Shown here one piece after another: positions 9,375 to 17,790 of a DNA stretch of 64,000 bases. The translations under genes were made by a program, and so were the position numbers. This stretch comes from Planctomycetaceae bacterium (GTDB lineage Bacteria > Planctomycetota > PLA2). The notes under the pieces were generated by a model. That model had not been told where the DNA came from, ran no database searches, and was given only the letters and a program-made list of their open reading frames with translations. Location of the stretch: assembly GCA_011525755.1 (NCBI GenBank), contig WYBS01000033.1, positions 3,691 through 67,690 on the forward strand. Reading direction: 5' to 3'. The stretch's first letter is position 1. Each line of letters begins with the position of its first letter.

Positions 9375-11149
9375 GAGAAGCTGATCCTCGGGTCGACGAC
9401 CGCGTAGAGGAGATCCGAGAGCAGGATGCCGAGCATCGTGAGCACGGCCACGATGAGGTCGACCCCCACGATCACGTTGTAGTCCCGGGCGCCGATCGAC
9501 TCGATCGTCAGGAGGCCGAAACCCGGGATGGAGAAGATCCACTCGATGACGAAGCTGCCGCCGACGATCACCGGGAGCGTCGTGCCGAGCAGCGTGATGA
9601 TCGGGATGATGCCGTTCCGCGCCGCGTGCTTCACGGTGACCGCGAATTCGCCGACGCCCTTGGCGCGCGCCGTGCGGACGTAGTCGCTCCGGATCACGTG
9701 GAGGACGCCTGTTTTCGCGTAGCGGCTGAGCGCGGCGAACGAGGCGTAGGTCATGCAGAAGATGGGGGCGAGGACGTGCCACGCGATGTCCTTGACCCAC
9801 TCCCACGACGGAAGCGACCACGCCTCGAGGCTCTCGAACCGGTCGGGCGGGATGATCCCGAGGGAGCCGGGCTGGCCTTCCGCGAGGTAGCGCACGGCGA
9901 GCGTCGCGACGTAGAAGGACGGCAGCGAGTAGAGCGCGAAGAGGACGAAGCTGATGCCGCGCTCGGTCCGCGAGCCGTGGATCTTCGCGCTCGTGATGCC
10001 GAGGGGTACGGAGATGAGGTAGGCGAGGACGAGGGACGAGAGCGCGAGGGTGAGGCTGTATTTGAGACGCTCGAAGACGAGCGTCATCACCGGGACCTTG
10101 TGGACAAGGGAGTTCCCGAAATCGAAGCGCAGGAGGTTCCCCCAATAGGTGGCGAACTGCGTCTCGAGGAGGAGGACGCGCAGCCACCGGAGGCCGCCGT
10201 AGTCCCAGCGCGACTTCGCGCCCTCCCACCAGGTGCGGAAGGCAGCGGCGCCGCCCTCCTTCGTGAGAGGCGGGTCGGCGGGCGCCCACGCCAGGCGATC
10301 CAGGATCGTGTTCCGGAGCCGTGCGACCTCGCGTTGCGCCTCGTCGCCCTCCTCGGGGAGCCGCGCCGCCTTCGCGAACCACCGCACCGCGGCGTCGCGG
10401 ATCGCCTCGTCCTCGCCCAGGACGAGCGCGGCGAGCGCGGATGCCGCCGCGGCACCCAGCCGGTCCAGGGCCGCGCCGTCATTCGCGAGCAGCGCCTGCC
10501 GGACGGCGCCCTCGTCGGCGCCGGGCGGGTACTCCCGGCCCGCGCCGTCGTACCACGTGCGGACCGCCGCGATGCCCGCCCGCCTGCGCGCCTCGCTCGC
10601 GTCCGCCGGCCAGCCGCAGATCTCGAGGATCGCGTTCTCGCGCACGATCTCCGCGTTCTTCCGGGCGCGTGCCGGCCGGACCTTTCCCTCCTCCTCGCCC
10701 ACGGCGACGCGCTGCGCGCTCCGCACGAGCCATCCCATGGCCTGGTCGCGGAGGGGACCCTCCGTGTCGGCGACGATCGCGAGGAACGCCGGCGTCGCGT
10801 ACTCGCCCCACTTGATGAGCTGCTCCTGCGCCTCGCTCCGGACCTTGATCTCGCGCGACCGCTCGAGATCGACCGCGTCCTCGAGCGTGCGCCGGACCTC
10901 GTCGACGGGCAGGTCGTAGCAGGTATTGAGGATCGTCGGCTTGTCGAGCCCGTACTGGGCCCGGAAGACCTTGACCGCGCTCGGCACGCCGCCCGCCTGC
11001 TCCCGCGCGGTGCCGCCCTCGGCGGAAGTCGGCACCTGCTGCACGATGGGCGGCTCGGGCGCACCCGCCACCACGACCCAGACGACCAGGGAGACCCCGA
11101 AGAACGTCGGGATCATGAGGAGGAGCCGCTTGAGGAGATAGGTCCTCAC
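9371..11149 (-). CDS. ABC transporter permease, OppB/DppB family, with about 330-aa alpha-helical insertion after TM1
   Basis: GTG at 11149 overlaps the solute-binding-protein stop (GTGA). N-terminus VRTYLLKRLLLMIPTFFGVSL. Conserved TQFATYWGNLLRFDFGNS...IESIGARDYNVIVG. 592 aa, versus about 310 aa for a typical OppB. Confidence 0.85.
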   Translation of the reverse strand: MRTYLLKRLLLMIPTFFGVSLVVWVVVAGAPEPPIVQQVPTSAEGGTAREQAGGVPSAVKVFRAQYGLDKPTILNTCYDLPVDEVRRTLEDAVDLERSREIKVRSEAQEQLIKWGEYATPAFLAIVADTEGPLRDQAMGWLVRSAQRVAVGEEEGKVRPARARKNAEIVRENAILEICGWPADASEARRRAGIAAVRTWYDGAGREYPPGADEGAVRQALLANDGAALDRLGAAAASALAALVLGEDEAIRDAAVRWFAKAARLPEEGDEAQREVARLRNTILDRLAWAPADPPLTKEGGAAAFRTWWEGAKSRWDYGGLRWLRVLLLETQFATYWGNLLRFDFGNSLVHKVPVMTLVFERLKYSLTLALSSLVLAYLISVPLGITSAKIHGSRTERGISFVLFALYSLPSFYVATLAVRYLAEGQPGSLGIIPPDRFESLEAWSLPSWEWVKDIAWHVLAPIFCMTYASFAALSRYAKTGVLHVIRSDYVRTARAKGVGEFAVTVKHAARNGIIPIITLLGTTLPVIVGGSFVIEWIFSIPGFGLLTIESIGARDYNVIVGVDLIVAVLTMLGILLSDLLYAVVDPRISFS

Positions 11150-13260
11150 GGGCGCTTCTTCCAGCGGAACATGAGCCGTCGATCGAGCTGGGGGACCGGC
11201 AGCCGCGGCTCCGGGATGCGCCAATCCGCGTTCACGAAGATGGGCGAGACGATCGAGAAGATCCAGGTGTAGGGCTGCTCGTCGAACTCGATCTCGTACC
11301 ACTCGTGGAAGAGGGCCTTCCGGCGGTCCAGATCGAAGGTCGTGATCAGCTCGTCGAAGATCTGGTCGGCGCGCTGGCTGCGGAACCCGGGGTAGTTGTT
11401 GGACGAGGAGTCGTCCGCGCGCTTCGATTCCCAGAGCTGGCGCGGATCGTTGTCGAGGCTCGCCGTCCAGAAGATGATGAATCCGTCGAACGTCCGCTCG
11501 TGGATCGCCTTCGACCAGAGCGCGGACTCCGCGGGCAGCGCCTTGGCGCGGACTCCGCACTTGAGGAGATCCTCCCGGTACATGCGGACGATCGCGTCCT
11601 GGTCGGGCGAGGAGGCGGAGATGAGCAGCTCGAACTCGAAGTCGAGCTTCTTCCCGTCGACCACCTTCTCGCGGACCCCGTCCCCGTCGCCGTCCTTCCA
11701 GCCCGCCTCCTCGAGGAGTCGCTTCGCCTCCTCGATGTCGAAAGGCAGCGCCTTCAGCCCGGGATGGCTGTAGGGGCTGTAGACCGACTCGCCGACGGCG
11801 AGCAGCTCGCCGAGGCCGTAGAAGATGTTGTCGATCACGGCGCCGCGGTTGAGCGCGAGCGTCAGCGCCCTCCGCACGCGCTTGTCGGCGAAGAGCGGCT
11901 TGCGCATGTTCCAGCCGAAGCCGCCGTAGGTGGGACGCCTCCAGAGAAAGTACGTGTAATCCCAGGAGGCGGGGGAGGGCTTGCTGAACGGATCGAACTT
12001 GTAGACCTGGGCAGAGGCATCCCCCTCGAGGATGTACTTCCGGTACTGCTCCGGGTTCGGGATCACGACGACCATGTCCTTGTTCCAGAACCGCGCAAGG
12101 CGGGTCTCGTCGTCCCGGACGATGTGCATGTAGTAGTCCTTGCTGGGGAACCGGTCGCCGTAGTAGCTCTCGTTGCGCTCGCAACGCACGTACTCGCCGC
12201 GCTTGTACTCGACGAACCGCAAGGGCCCGGTGCCGCACATGCTCTTGCCGAACCAGTGCTTGCCGAACTGCGCGCCTACGTCCGCGTCGCTGTAGCGGAC
12301 CCCGTTCGGGTCGCTTCCCCAGATGTGCTCCGGGATCGGCTGGATCTCCATCGTGATCGCGCGGGCATAGAAGTTCGGCCGCTTCCAGACGACCTCGATC
12401 GCGAGCTCGTCCTTCACCGTGATGCTCTCGAGCTCGTCGAAGAGGTAGGCGAGCGGCGACCCCGCGTTGGGATCGCGCAGGATGTCGACCGAGAACTTCA
12501 CGTCCTGCGCCGTCAGGAACCGCGGCTCGGCGAGCCACGGGTGCTCCGCCAGCATCGCGGGCTCCGGGTCGTGCCAGCGGACCCCTTTCCTCAGATAGAT
12601 CATGTAGCGGCAGTGGTCGGGGCTCTCCTCGATCCGCTCGGCGAGGAGCGCGTTCCACTCGTTGTAGTCGGAGGTCTTCCGCTCCGATAGCGAGTCGAGG
12701 ATGTAGACGGAGAGACCGACGACCGTCGTCGTGCGATCCGTGCTGAACGGGTTCCACCCCTTCGGCTCCCCGGGCGTGTAGTCGTGGAGCGTCGCGCCCC
12801 AGTCGATCTGGTCGGCCGGGGGGAGCGCGCGCTTCGGGTCCTCGTTCGCCGACCTGTCGCACAGGACGGTCCAGCCGGGGTTGTAGGGATAGATGGTCTT
12901 CCCCGCGATCGTCGAGGGCTTGCTCGTCCGGTCCTCGCGCCGCGCGGTACCCTCCCCCGCGCCCCCTCCCGTCTCCCTCGGCCCGGCCCCGACCGCCCCC
13001 TTCGCGGCGAGATCGACCAGCGTGTCGACATGCTGCCTCGTCGCCTCGGCAGCCTCGCGCGTGGCGCGCAGCTCGTTCATCGCGCTGTCGAGCTTGCGGC
13101 CCTGCTCCGCGACCTGGCCGACGAGGTCGTCGACCTTCTCGCGCGTCTTCACGAACTTCACCTCTACCGACTGGTTCTGGACGAAGGTGAGGCCGAGCGC
13201 GATCGTGAAGGCGGCGATCACGATGATCTTCAGCGCCTGGAGCACGAAGTTCTGCTGCAT
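11146..13260 (-). CDS. Family-5 (peptide/nickel) ABC substrate-binding protein with N-terminal TM anchor and coiled-coil linker
   Basis: ATG at 13260 gives MQQNFVLQALKIIVIAAFTIALGLTFV (TM). A coiled-coil stretch LVGQVAEQGRKLDSAMNELRATREAAEATRQHVDTL follows, then an SBP_bac_5-like body to 11146. Confidence 0.85.
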   Translation of the reverse strand: MQQNFVLQALKIIVIAAFTIALGLTFVQNQSVEVKFVKTREKVDDLVGQVAEQGRKLDSAMNELRATREAAEATRQHVDTLVDLAAKGAVGAGPRETGGGAGEGTARREDRTSKPSTIAGKTIYPYNPGWTVLCDRSANEDPKRALPPADQIDWGATLHDYTPGEPKGWNPFSTDRTTTVVGLSVYILDSLSERKTSDYNEWNALLAERIEESPDHCRYMIYLRKGVRWHDPEPAMLAEHPWLAEPRFLTAQDVKFSVDILRDPNAGSPLAYLFDELESITVKDELAIEVVWKRPNFYARAITMEIQPIPEHIWGSDPNGVRYSDADVGAQFGKHWFGKSMCGTGPLRFVEYKRGEYVRCERNESYYGDRFPSKDYYMHIVRDDETRLARFWNKDMVVVIPNPEQYRKYILEGDASAQVYKFDPFSKPSPASWDYTYFLWRRPTYGGFGWNMRKPLFADKRVRRALTLALNRGAVIDNIFYGLGELLAVGESVYSPYSHPGLKALPFDIEEAKRLLEEAGWKDGDGDGVREKVVDGKKLDFEFELLISASSPDQDAIVRMYREDLLKCGVRAKALPAESALWSKAIHERTFDGFIIFWTASLDNDPRQLWESKRADDSSSNNYPGFRSQRADQIFDELITTFDLDRRKALFHEWYEIEFDEQPYTWIFSIVSPIFVNADWRIPEPRLPVPQLDRRLMFRWKKRP

Positions 13261-13338
13261 CGAGGCCCACGGTACCCCGGTCTTCGAACCCCCGTCAAGG
13301 CAACGCGGTTTGTGCGCCTTTGCGGTAGATTCCGCGGC

Positions 13339-14487
13339 GTGGCGTGCCTCACGCTCCACTACCACGAGCTGGCCCTGAAGGGGGCCAACCGGCCCCGCTT
13401 CGTGCGCGCGCTCGTGGGGAACGCGCGGCGTGCGCTCGGGGAGCTCGGCCCCTGCCGGGTCGAGTCCACGGGGGGACGGATCCTCGTCGAGACCGAGGCG
13501 GACATGGGGGCGGCCATCGCCCGCGCGCTCAAGGTCCCCGGGGTGGTCCACGTCATGCCCGTGATCCGGCTCCCGCGCGACCTCGACGCCGTCGCGTCCG
13601 CGGCGATCGCGGAGGTCCGGCGGCTCGCGCCCGCGTCGTTCCGCGTCTCCGCCCGCCGGAACGACAAGTCCTTCCCGATGACGTCGGTCGAGATCGACCG
13701 GGAGGTCGGCGCGCGCGTGCACCTCGCGCTGGGGACGCCGGTGCGGCTCAAGGGGGCCGACCGGGAGGTGCATCTCGCGGTCCTTCCGAAGGAGATCCTC
13801 CTCTCCGCGGAGAAGGTGGGGGGGCCCGGGGGCCTGCCCACGGGCACCGGCGGCCGCGTCGCCGCGCTCCTCTCCGGGGGGATGGACTCGCCGGTCGCCG
13901 CGTGGCGCATGATCAACCGCGGCTGCCGGTGCGACCTCGTCCACTTCCACTCGCACCCGCTCGTCGACCGGACGACGCAGGAGAAGGCGCGGGACCTCGC
14001 GGCCGTGCTCGCGCAGTGGCAGTTCCGCACCCGCCTCTGGCTCGTGCCGCTCGCGGAGATCCAGAAGGAGGTGCGGCTCAAGTGCCCCGAGGCGCTCCGC
14101 GTGATCCTCTACCGGCGCTTCATGGTGCGGATCGCCGAGCAGCTCGCGCGGCGGCGGCGCTGCCGGGCGCTCGTCACCGGCGAGAGCCTCGGGCAGGTGG
14201 CGTCGCAGACGCTCGAGAACATCGCGACCGTGGACGCGGTGGCCACGATGCCCGTGCTGCGGCCGCTCATCGGAACGGACAAGCGGGAGATCATCGCGCT
14301 TGCGGAGAAGCTCGGGACGTACCCGATTTCCGTACGGCCCGACCAGGACTGCTGCCAGCTGTTCGTGCCTCCGAAGCCGGCGACGAAGAGCTGGCCCTCG
14401 CAGGCGGAGGAGGCGGAGGCGGCGCTCGACGTGAAGGCGCTCGTCGACGACGCGGTCGCCCGCACCGAGAAGGCGGATATCGGCTGA
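13339..14487 (+). CDS. thiI: tRNA 4-thiouridine(8) synthase / sulfur carrier ThiI (no rhodanese domain)
   Basis: GTG at 13339. The THUMP-region start HYHELALKGANRPRFV and the PP-loop LLSGGMDSPVAAW are present. Divergent from the solute-binding-protein gene. Confidence 0.85.
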   Translation: MACLTLHYHELALKGANRPRFVRALVGNARRALGELGPCRVESTGGRILVETEADMGAAIARALKVPGVVHVMPVIRLPRDLDAVASAAIAEVRRLAPASFRVSARRNDKSFPMTSVEIDREVGARVHLALGTPVRLKGADREVHLAVLPKEILLSAEKVGGPGGLPTGTGGRVAALLSGGMDSPVAAWRMINRGCRCDLVHFHSHPLVDRTTQEKARDLAAVLAQWQFRTRLWLVPLAEIQKEVRLKCPEALRVILYRRFMVRIAEQLARRRRCRALVTGESLGQVASQTLENIATVDAVATMPVLRPLIGTDKREIIALAEKLGTYPISVRPDQDCCQLFVPPKPATKSWPSQAEEAEAALDVKALVDDAVARTEKADIG

Positions 14488-14882
14488 TGTTCGGGACGGA
14501 GGCCGGCCTCTTCGTCGACATCTTCCTGCTCGTGCAGCTCCTCGTGCTTCCGGCGCTGCTCTGGGCCGTGGCGGCGGTGCGGCGCGGGAAGGTCGGGCTC
14601 CACGCGCGGATCATGCAGGTCTCGTTCCTGGGCTTCCTGCTGAGCGTCGTCGCGTTCGAGCTCGAGGTGCGCCTCGGCCCGACGCCCCCGGTCCCCCTCT
14701 GGATCCTCGGGATCCACCTCTGCTTCGCGCTGCCGGCGCTCGGCCTCTGGGCGCTGCAGCTCGTGCGCGGCAAGCAGGCGTTCACGGACCCGGCGACCCA
14801 CCGCGGGCGCGGGCGGATCCTGCTCGGGCTCCTCTCGGCGACCGTCGCCACCGGCTTCTGGCTCTACGCCGCCACGTACTAG
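14487..14882 (+). CDS. Small integral membrane protein (about 131 aa, 4 predicted TM)
   Basis: ATG overlaps the thiI TGA by 1 nt. MFGTEAGLFVDIFLLVQLLVLPALLW. Confidence 0.55.
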   Translation: MFGTEAGLFVDIFLLVQLLVLPALLWAVAAVRRGKVGLHARIMQVSFLGFLLSVVAFELEVRLGPTPPVPLWILGIHLCFALPALGLWALQLVRGKQAFTDPATHRGRGRILLGLLSATVATGFWLYAATY

Positions 14883-15105
14883 GTACGCGCCTCGCCTCTC
14901 ATAAGTGCTTGCTGCGTAACAGCTTGCGCGTTACCGACCCGGACCCGGACCCTGCCGTCCGGGTGTCGCGCGCCCGAAGCGCTCGCCATGGGGCTTCCCG
15001 TCGGCTGGGCGTTGCCCGCGGGCCACAAGACCCGGACCCCGGCGTCCGGGGTGCGATGTCGTAACTCGCGATCCCAAAAGTACTTGCACCCGTCGAGGGG
15101 CGTAC

Positions 15106-16305
15106 CTAGTACCCGAGGTCCTTGCGGAAGTCGCGCATGGACGCCTGGCGGCGCTCGGGGTCCTTGTCGAGCGCCTTCGCCAGCGCCGCGCTCAACTTCT
15201 CCGGGATCTCGGGGCGGATCTCGCGCGCCAAGGGCGGCTGCTGCGACTGCACGGCCACGAGCCAGTCGTTCAGCCGCTTCGCCTCGATCGGATGACGGCC
15301 CGTGATCATCCGGTAGATCGTCGCGGCCGTCGAGTAGATGTCCGCCCTGAACGTCGCCTGCCCGCCGCCGAGCAGCTCCGGCGCCATGAAGAGCGGCGTC
15401 CCCGGCGTCCCCGTGCTCGTCTGCTGCGTGAACGCCGCATCGACGAGCCGCTTCGCGAGTCCGAAGTCCACGACCTTCACGCCGCCGTCGTCGGAAACGA
15501 GGATGTTCCCGGGCTTCACGTCGCGGTGCAGCACCTTCCGCTCGTGCGCGTACTCGAGCGCCGAGAGCACCTGCTTCGCGATCCCCTGCGCCTCGCTCCA
15601 CGGCAGGAACTGCCGTTCCTCGAGGATCTCGCGCAGGCTCTTCGACGGGAAGTACTCGAGGATCAGGAACCAGTGGCCCGCCTCGTGGCCCGAGTCGCCG
15701 AACCGCACGATGTTCTCGTGCTCGAGGCCCGCGGTCGCGTACGCCTCCTTCAGGAACTTCAAGACGACGTTCGGCTCCTCCGTGAACTCGACGTGCAGCA
15801 CCTTGAGCGCGACGTACGGGTTGCCGCGCCGGTGGCCGAGGTAGACCGAGCCGAAGGAGCCGGTCCCGAGCCCCTTCACGAGCCTCCGCTGGGCGAGCGT
15901 CGAGCCGAGGAGGGGGAACGCCCTCCGGCACTCGGTGCAGAAGGGGGCTTCGGGGGCGGCGGCGACGAGCGTGCGCAGGCACGAGCAGCAGCGGTACGCC
16001 TCGTCCTTCCCGGTGAACGCGAACTCCGCGTGGCCGATCCGCAGGTGGTCGCCGCGCGCGAGCTTCATCTCCCCCTTCACCTGAACGCCGTTCACCCACG
16101 TGCCGTTCTTGCTGTCGAGGTCCCGGAGGTACCACTCGCCGCTCCGGCAGTAGACGACCGCGTGCCGCCGCGAGCAGCGCGGGTCGGCGATCTTGATCCC
16201 CGTGCCGCCGGGGTCGCGGCCGAGCCCGAGCTCCTCGTTTGGCGGCAGGAGCACGAGCGGCGCGCCCGCGAGCCCGTGCAGGGGGAGCAGCCCGACGTCG
16301 CTCAC
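15106..16305 (-). CDS. FHA-domain Ser/Thr protein kinase
   Basis: GTG start at 16305. FHA region LGRDPGGTGIKIADPRCSRRHAVVY...GTWVNG. Kinase motifs HRDVKPGNILV, DFGLAK and APE. Confidence 0.85.
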   Translation of the reverse strand: MSDVGLLPLHGLAGAPLVLLPPNEELGLGRDPGGTGIKIADPRCSRRHAVVYCRSGEWYLRDLDSKNGTWVNGVQVKGEMKLARGDHLRIGHAEFAFTGKDEAYRCCSCLRTLVAAAPEAPFCTECRRAFPLLGSTLAQRRLVKGLGTGSFGSVYLGHRRGNPYVALKVLHVEFTEEPNVVLKFLKEAYATAGLEHENIVRFGDSGHEAGHWFLILEYFPSKSLREILEERQFLPWSEAQGIAKQVLSALEYAHERKVLHRDVKPGNILVSDDGGVKVVDFGLAKRLVDAAFTQQTSTGTPGTPLFMAPELLGGGQATFRADIYSTAATIYRMITGRHPIEAKRLNDWLVAVQSQQPPLAREIRPEIPEKLSAALAKALDKDPERRQASMRDFRKDLGY

Positions 16306-16348
16306 GGGCGGAACCCCGCCACGGCCGGCCGGGAGGGCGCGCGCGCCG

Positions 16349-17623
16349 TCACTTCTGGACCCGCTTCTTGCTCACCGGCGACGGGAGGACGAACTGCCCC
16401 GCCTCGGTGAACGTGGGTTTCGGGTAGCGCATGCGCGCGCGGTCGATCATCCGCTTCACGTCGCGGATGGCCGCGGGCCGCATCTCGGGCTGCGGCTGGA
16501 GGCAGGCCTGCACGATCTCGTCGAGCTCCGGGATCCCGCGCGCCTTCAGCTTCTCCGCGACCGACGGCATCGGCCCCTCGAGCTTCTTCTGCTGGATCTC
16601 GAGCGTGCTCGTGCCGCGGAACGGGTGCGTCCCCGTGAGCATGAAGTAGAGCGAGCCGCCGAGGCCGTAGATGTCGACCGCCGCGGCCATCGGATCCTGC
16701 CCGGGCCGCGGCTGCACCTGCTCCGGCGCGCAGAAGATGATCGTGCCCGCGGGCGCGCTCGCGAGGCCGCCCCCCTCCGTGAGCGCGAGGCTGAAGTCGA
16801 TGAGCACCGTGCGGTACGTCTTCTCCTCGACCATGACGTTGCTCGGCTTCACGTCGCGGTGGACCATGCCGCGCTTGTGGACGGCATCGAGCGCCGCGCA
16901 CATGTCGGCCCCGACCTGGAGCGCCTCGGGCACCCAGAGCCGGCCCGCCTTGCCGAGCTGCGTCGCGGTGAGCCCGTCCACGTAGTCCATGACGAGGAAG
17001 GACTCGCCGTTCTTCATCCGCCCGGTCGAGAGGATCCGGACGATGTTGTCGTGGTGGATCTGGGAGAGCGACTTCGCCTCCTCGACCGCCCGCGCGACGT
17101 TCGCCTCGGTCGCCCGGTCGGGCCTGAGGATCTTGAACGCGACCTTCGTCCCGCGATTCACGTCGCGCGCCTCGAAGAGAAGTCCCATGCCCGAGACGGC
17201 GACAAGCTTCGTGAGCGAGAACCCGAGATCCATCGCGGGGTCGGCGAACTGGATCCCCTCGGGCCCGAGGTCCTTGGTCGTGGTGTCGTTGACCTCCCCG
17301 CCCGGAAGGGGCCCGGCGAGGGGGCCGGCGGCCCGGCGCACGGTGACGACCGTCCGCCCCATCTTGACCTCGTCGCCGTCCGAGAGCTTCTGGTCCCCGA
17401 GGATCCGCTCCCCGTTCACGAAGATCCCGTTCCGGGCGCCTATGTCCTCGACGAAGAGGTCGCCGGCCCGCTCCAGGAACCGGCCGTGCTCGCGGGAGCA
17501 GTAGTCGTCCGGGAGCCGGACGGATGCGGTGGGGCCCCGGCCAAGGACGAGGGGCGCCTCGCCCACCGGAACCTCGCGTCGCAGGTTGCCGGAGCTCACG
17601 ACGAGGACGTACTTATGTGCCAT
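16349..17623 (-). CDS. FHA-domain Ser/Thr protein kinase (DFG to DFS variant)
   Basis: FHA region VLGRGPTASVRLPDDYCSREHGRF...GIFVNG. Kinase motifs VAFKIL, HRDVKPSNVMV and DFSLAL in place of DFG, plus FCAPE. Confidence 0.85.
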   Translation of the reverse strand: MAHKYVLVVSSGNLRREVPVGEAPLVLGRGPTASVRLPDDYCSREHGRFLERAGDLFVEDIGARNGIFVNGERILGDQKLSDGDEVKMGRTVVTVRRAAGPLAGPLPGGEVNDTTTKDLGPEGIQFADPAMDLGFSLTKLVAVSGMGLLFEARDVNRGTKVAFKILRPDRATEANVARAVEEAKSLSQIHHDNIVRILSTGRMKNGESFLVMDYVDGLTATQLGKAGRLWVPEALQVGADMCAALDAVHKRGMVHRDVKPSNVMVEEKTYRTVLIDFSLALTEGGGLASAPAGTIIFCAPEQVQPRPGQDPMAAAVDIYGLGGSLYFMLTGTHPFRGTSTLEIQQKKLEGPMPSVAEKLKARGIPELDEIVQACLQPQPEMRPAAIRDVKRMIDRARMRYPKPTFTEAGQFVLPSPVSKKRVQK

Positions 17624-17790
17624 CGGGCGCCTGGAGGATTATAGGAACGGCAGGGACCCGCCCCAACCTTGAGCCCGGCTTCGGCCGCCGCGAGGGGGGA
17701 AGGGAGGGTGCACGCGGGAGGGAGGGGGGCGCCCCGCCCCGAAGTTGATAGAGTGTCGGCCCGGCCCCGGGCCGGAGGAGAAAGCCGTCC

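Noticed and set aside
7003-10382. Upstream extensions of ORFs 7003..9177 and 7923..10382, and the 819-aa and 724-aa sizes
   Set aside because: Only the 3' portions encode recognisable proteins. The 5' parts are read-through of the upstream genes in another frame. True starts were set at the TAATG and GTGA overlaps.
9626-12690. + strand ORFs 9626..11272, 11305..12690 and 10087..11064
   Set aside because: Antisense to the OppB-like and solute-binding-protein genes. RDEG-rich junk composition.
13270-13300. tRNA-like fragment ggtcttcgaaccccc in the thiI/solute-binding-protein divergent intergenic region
   Set aside because: Only a T-arm-like pentamer. No acceptor or anticodon stem could be built and the region is too short.
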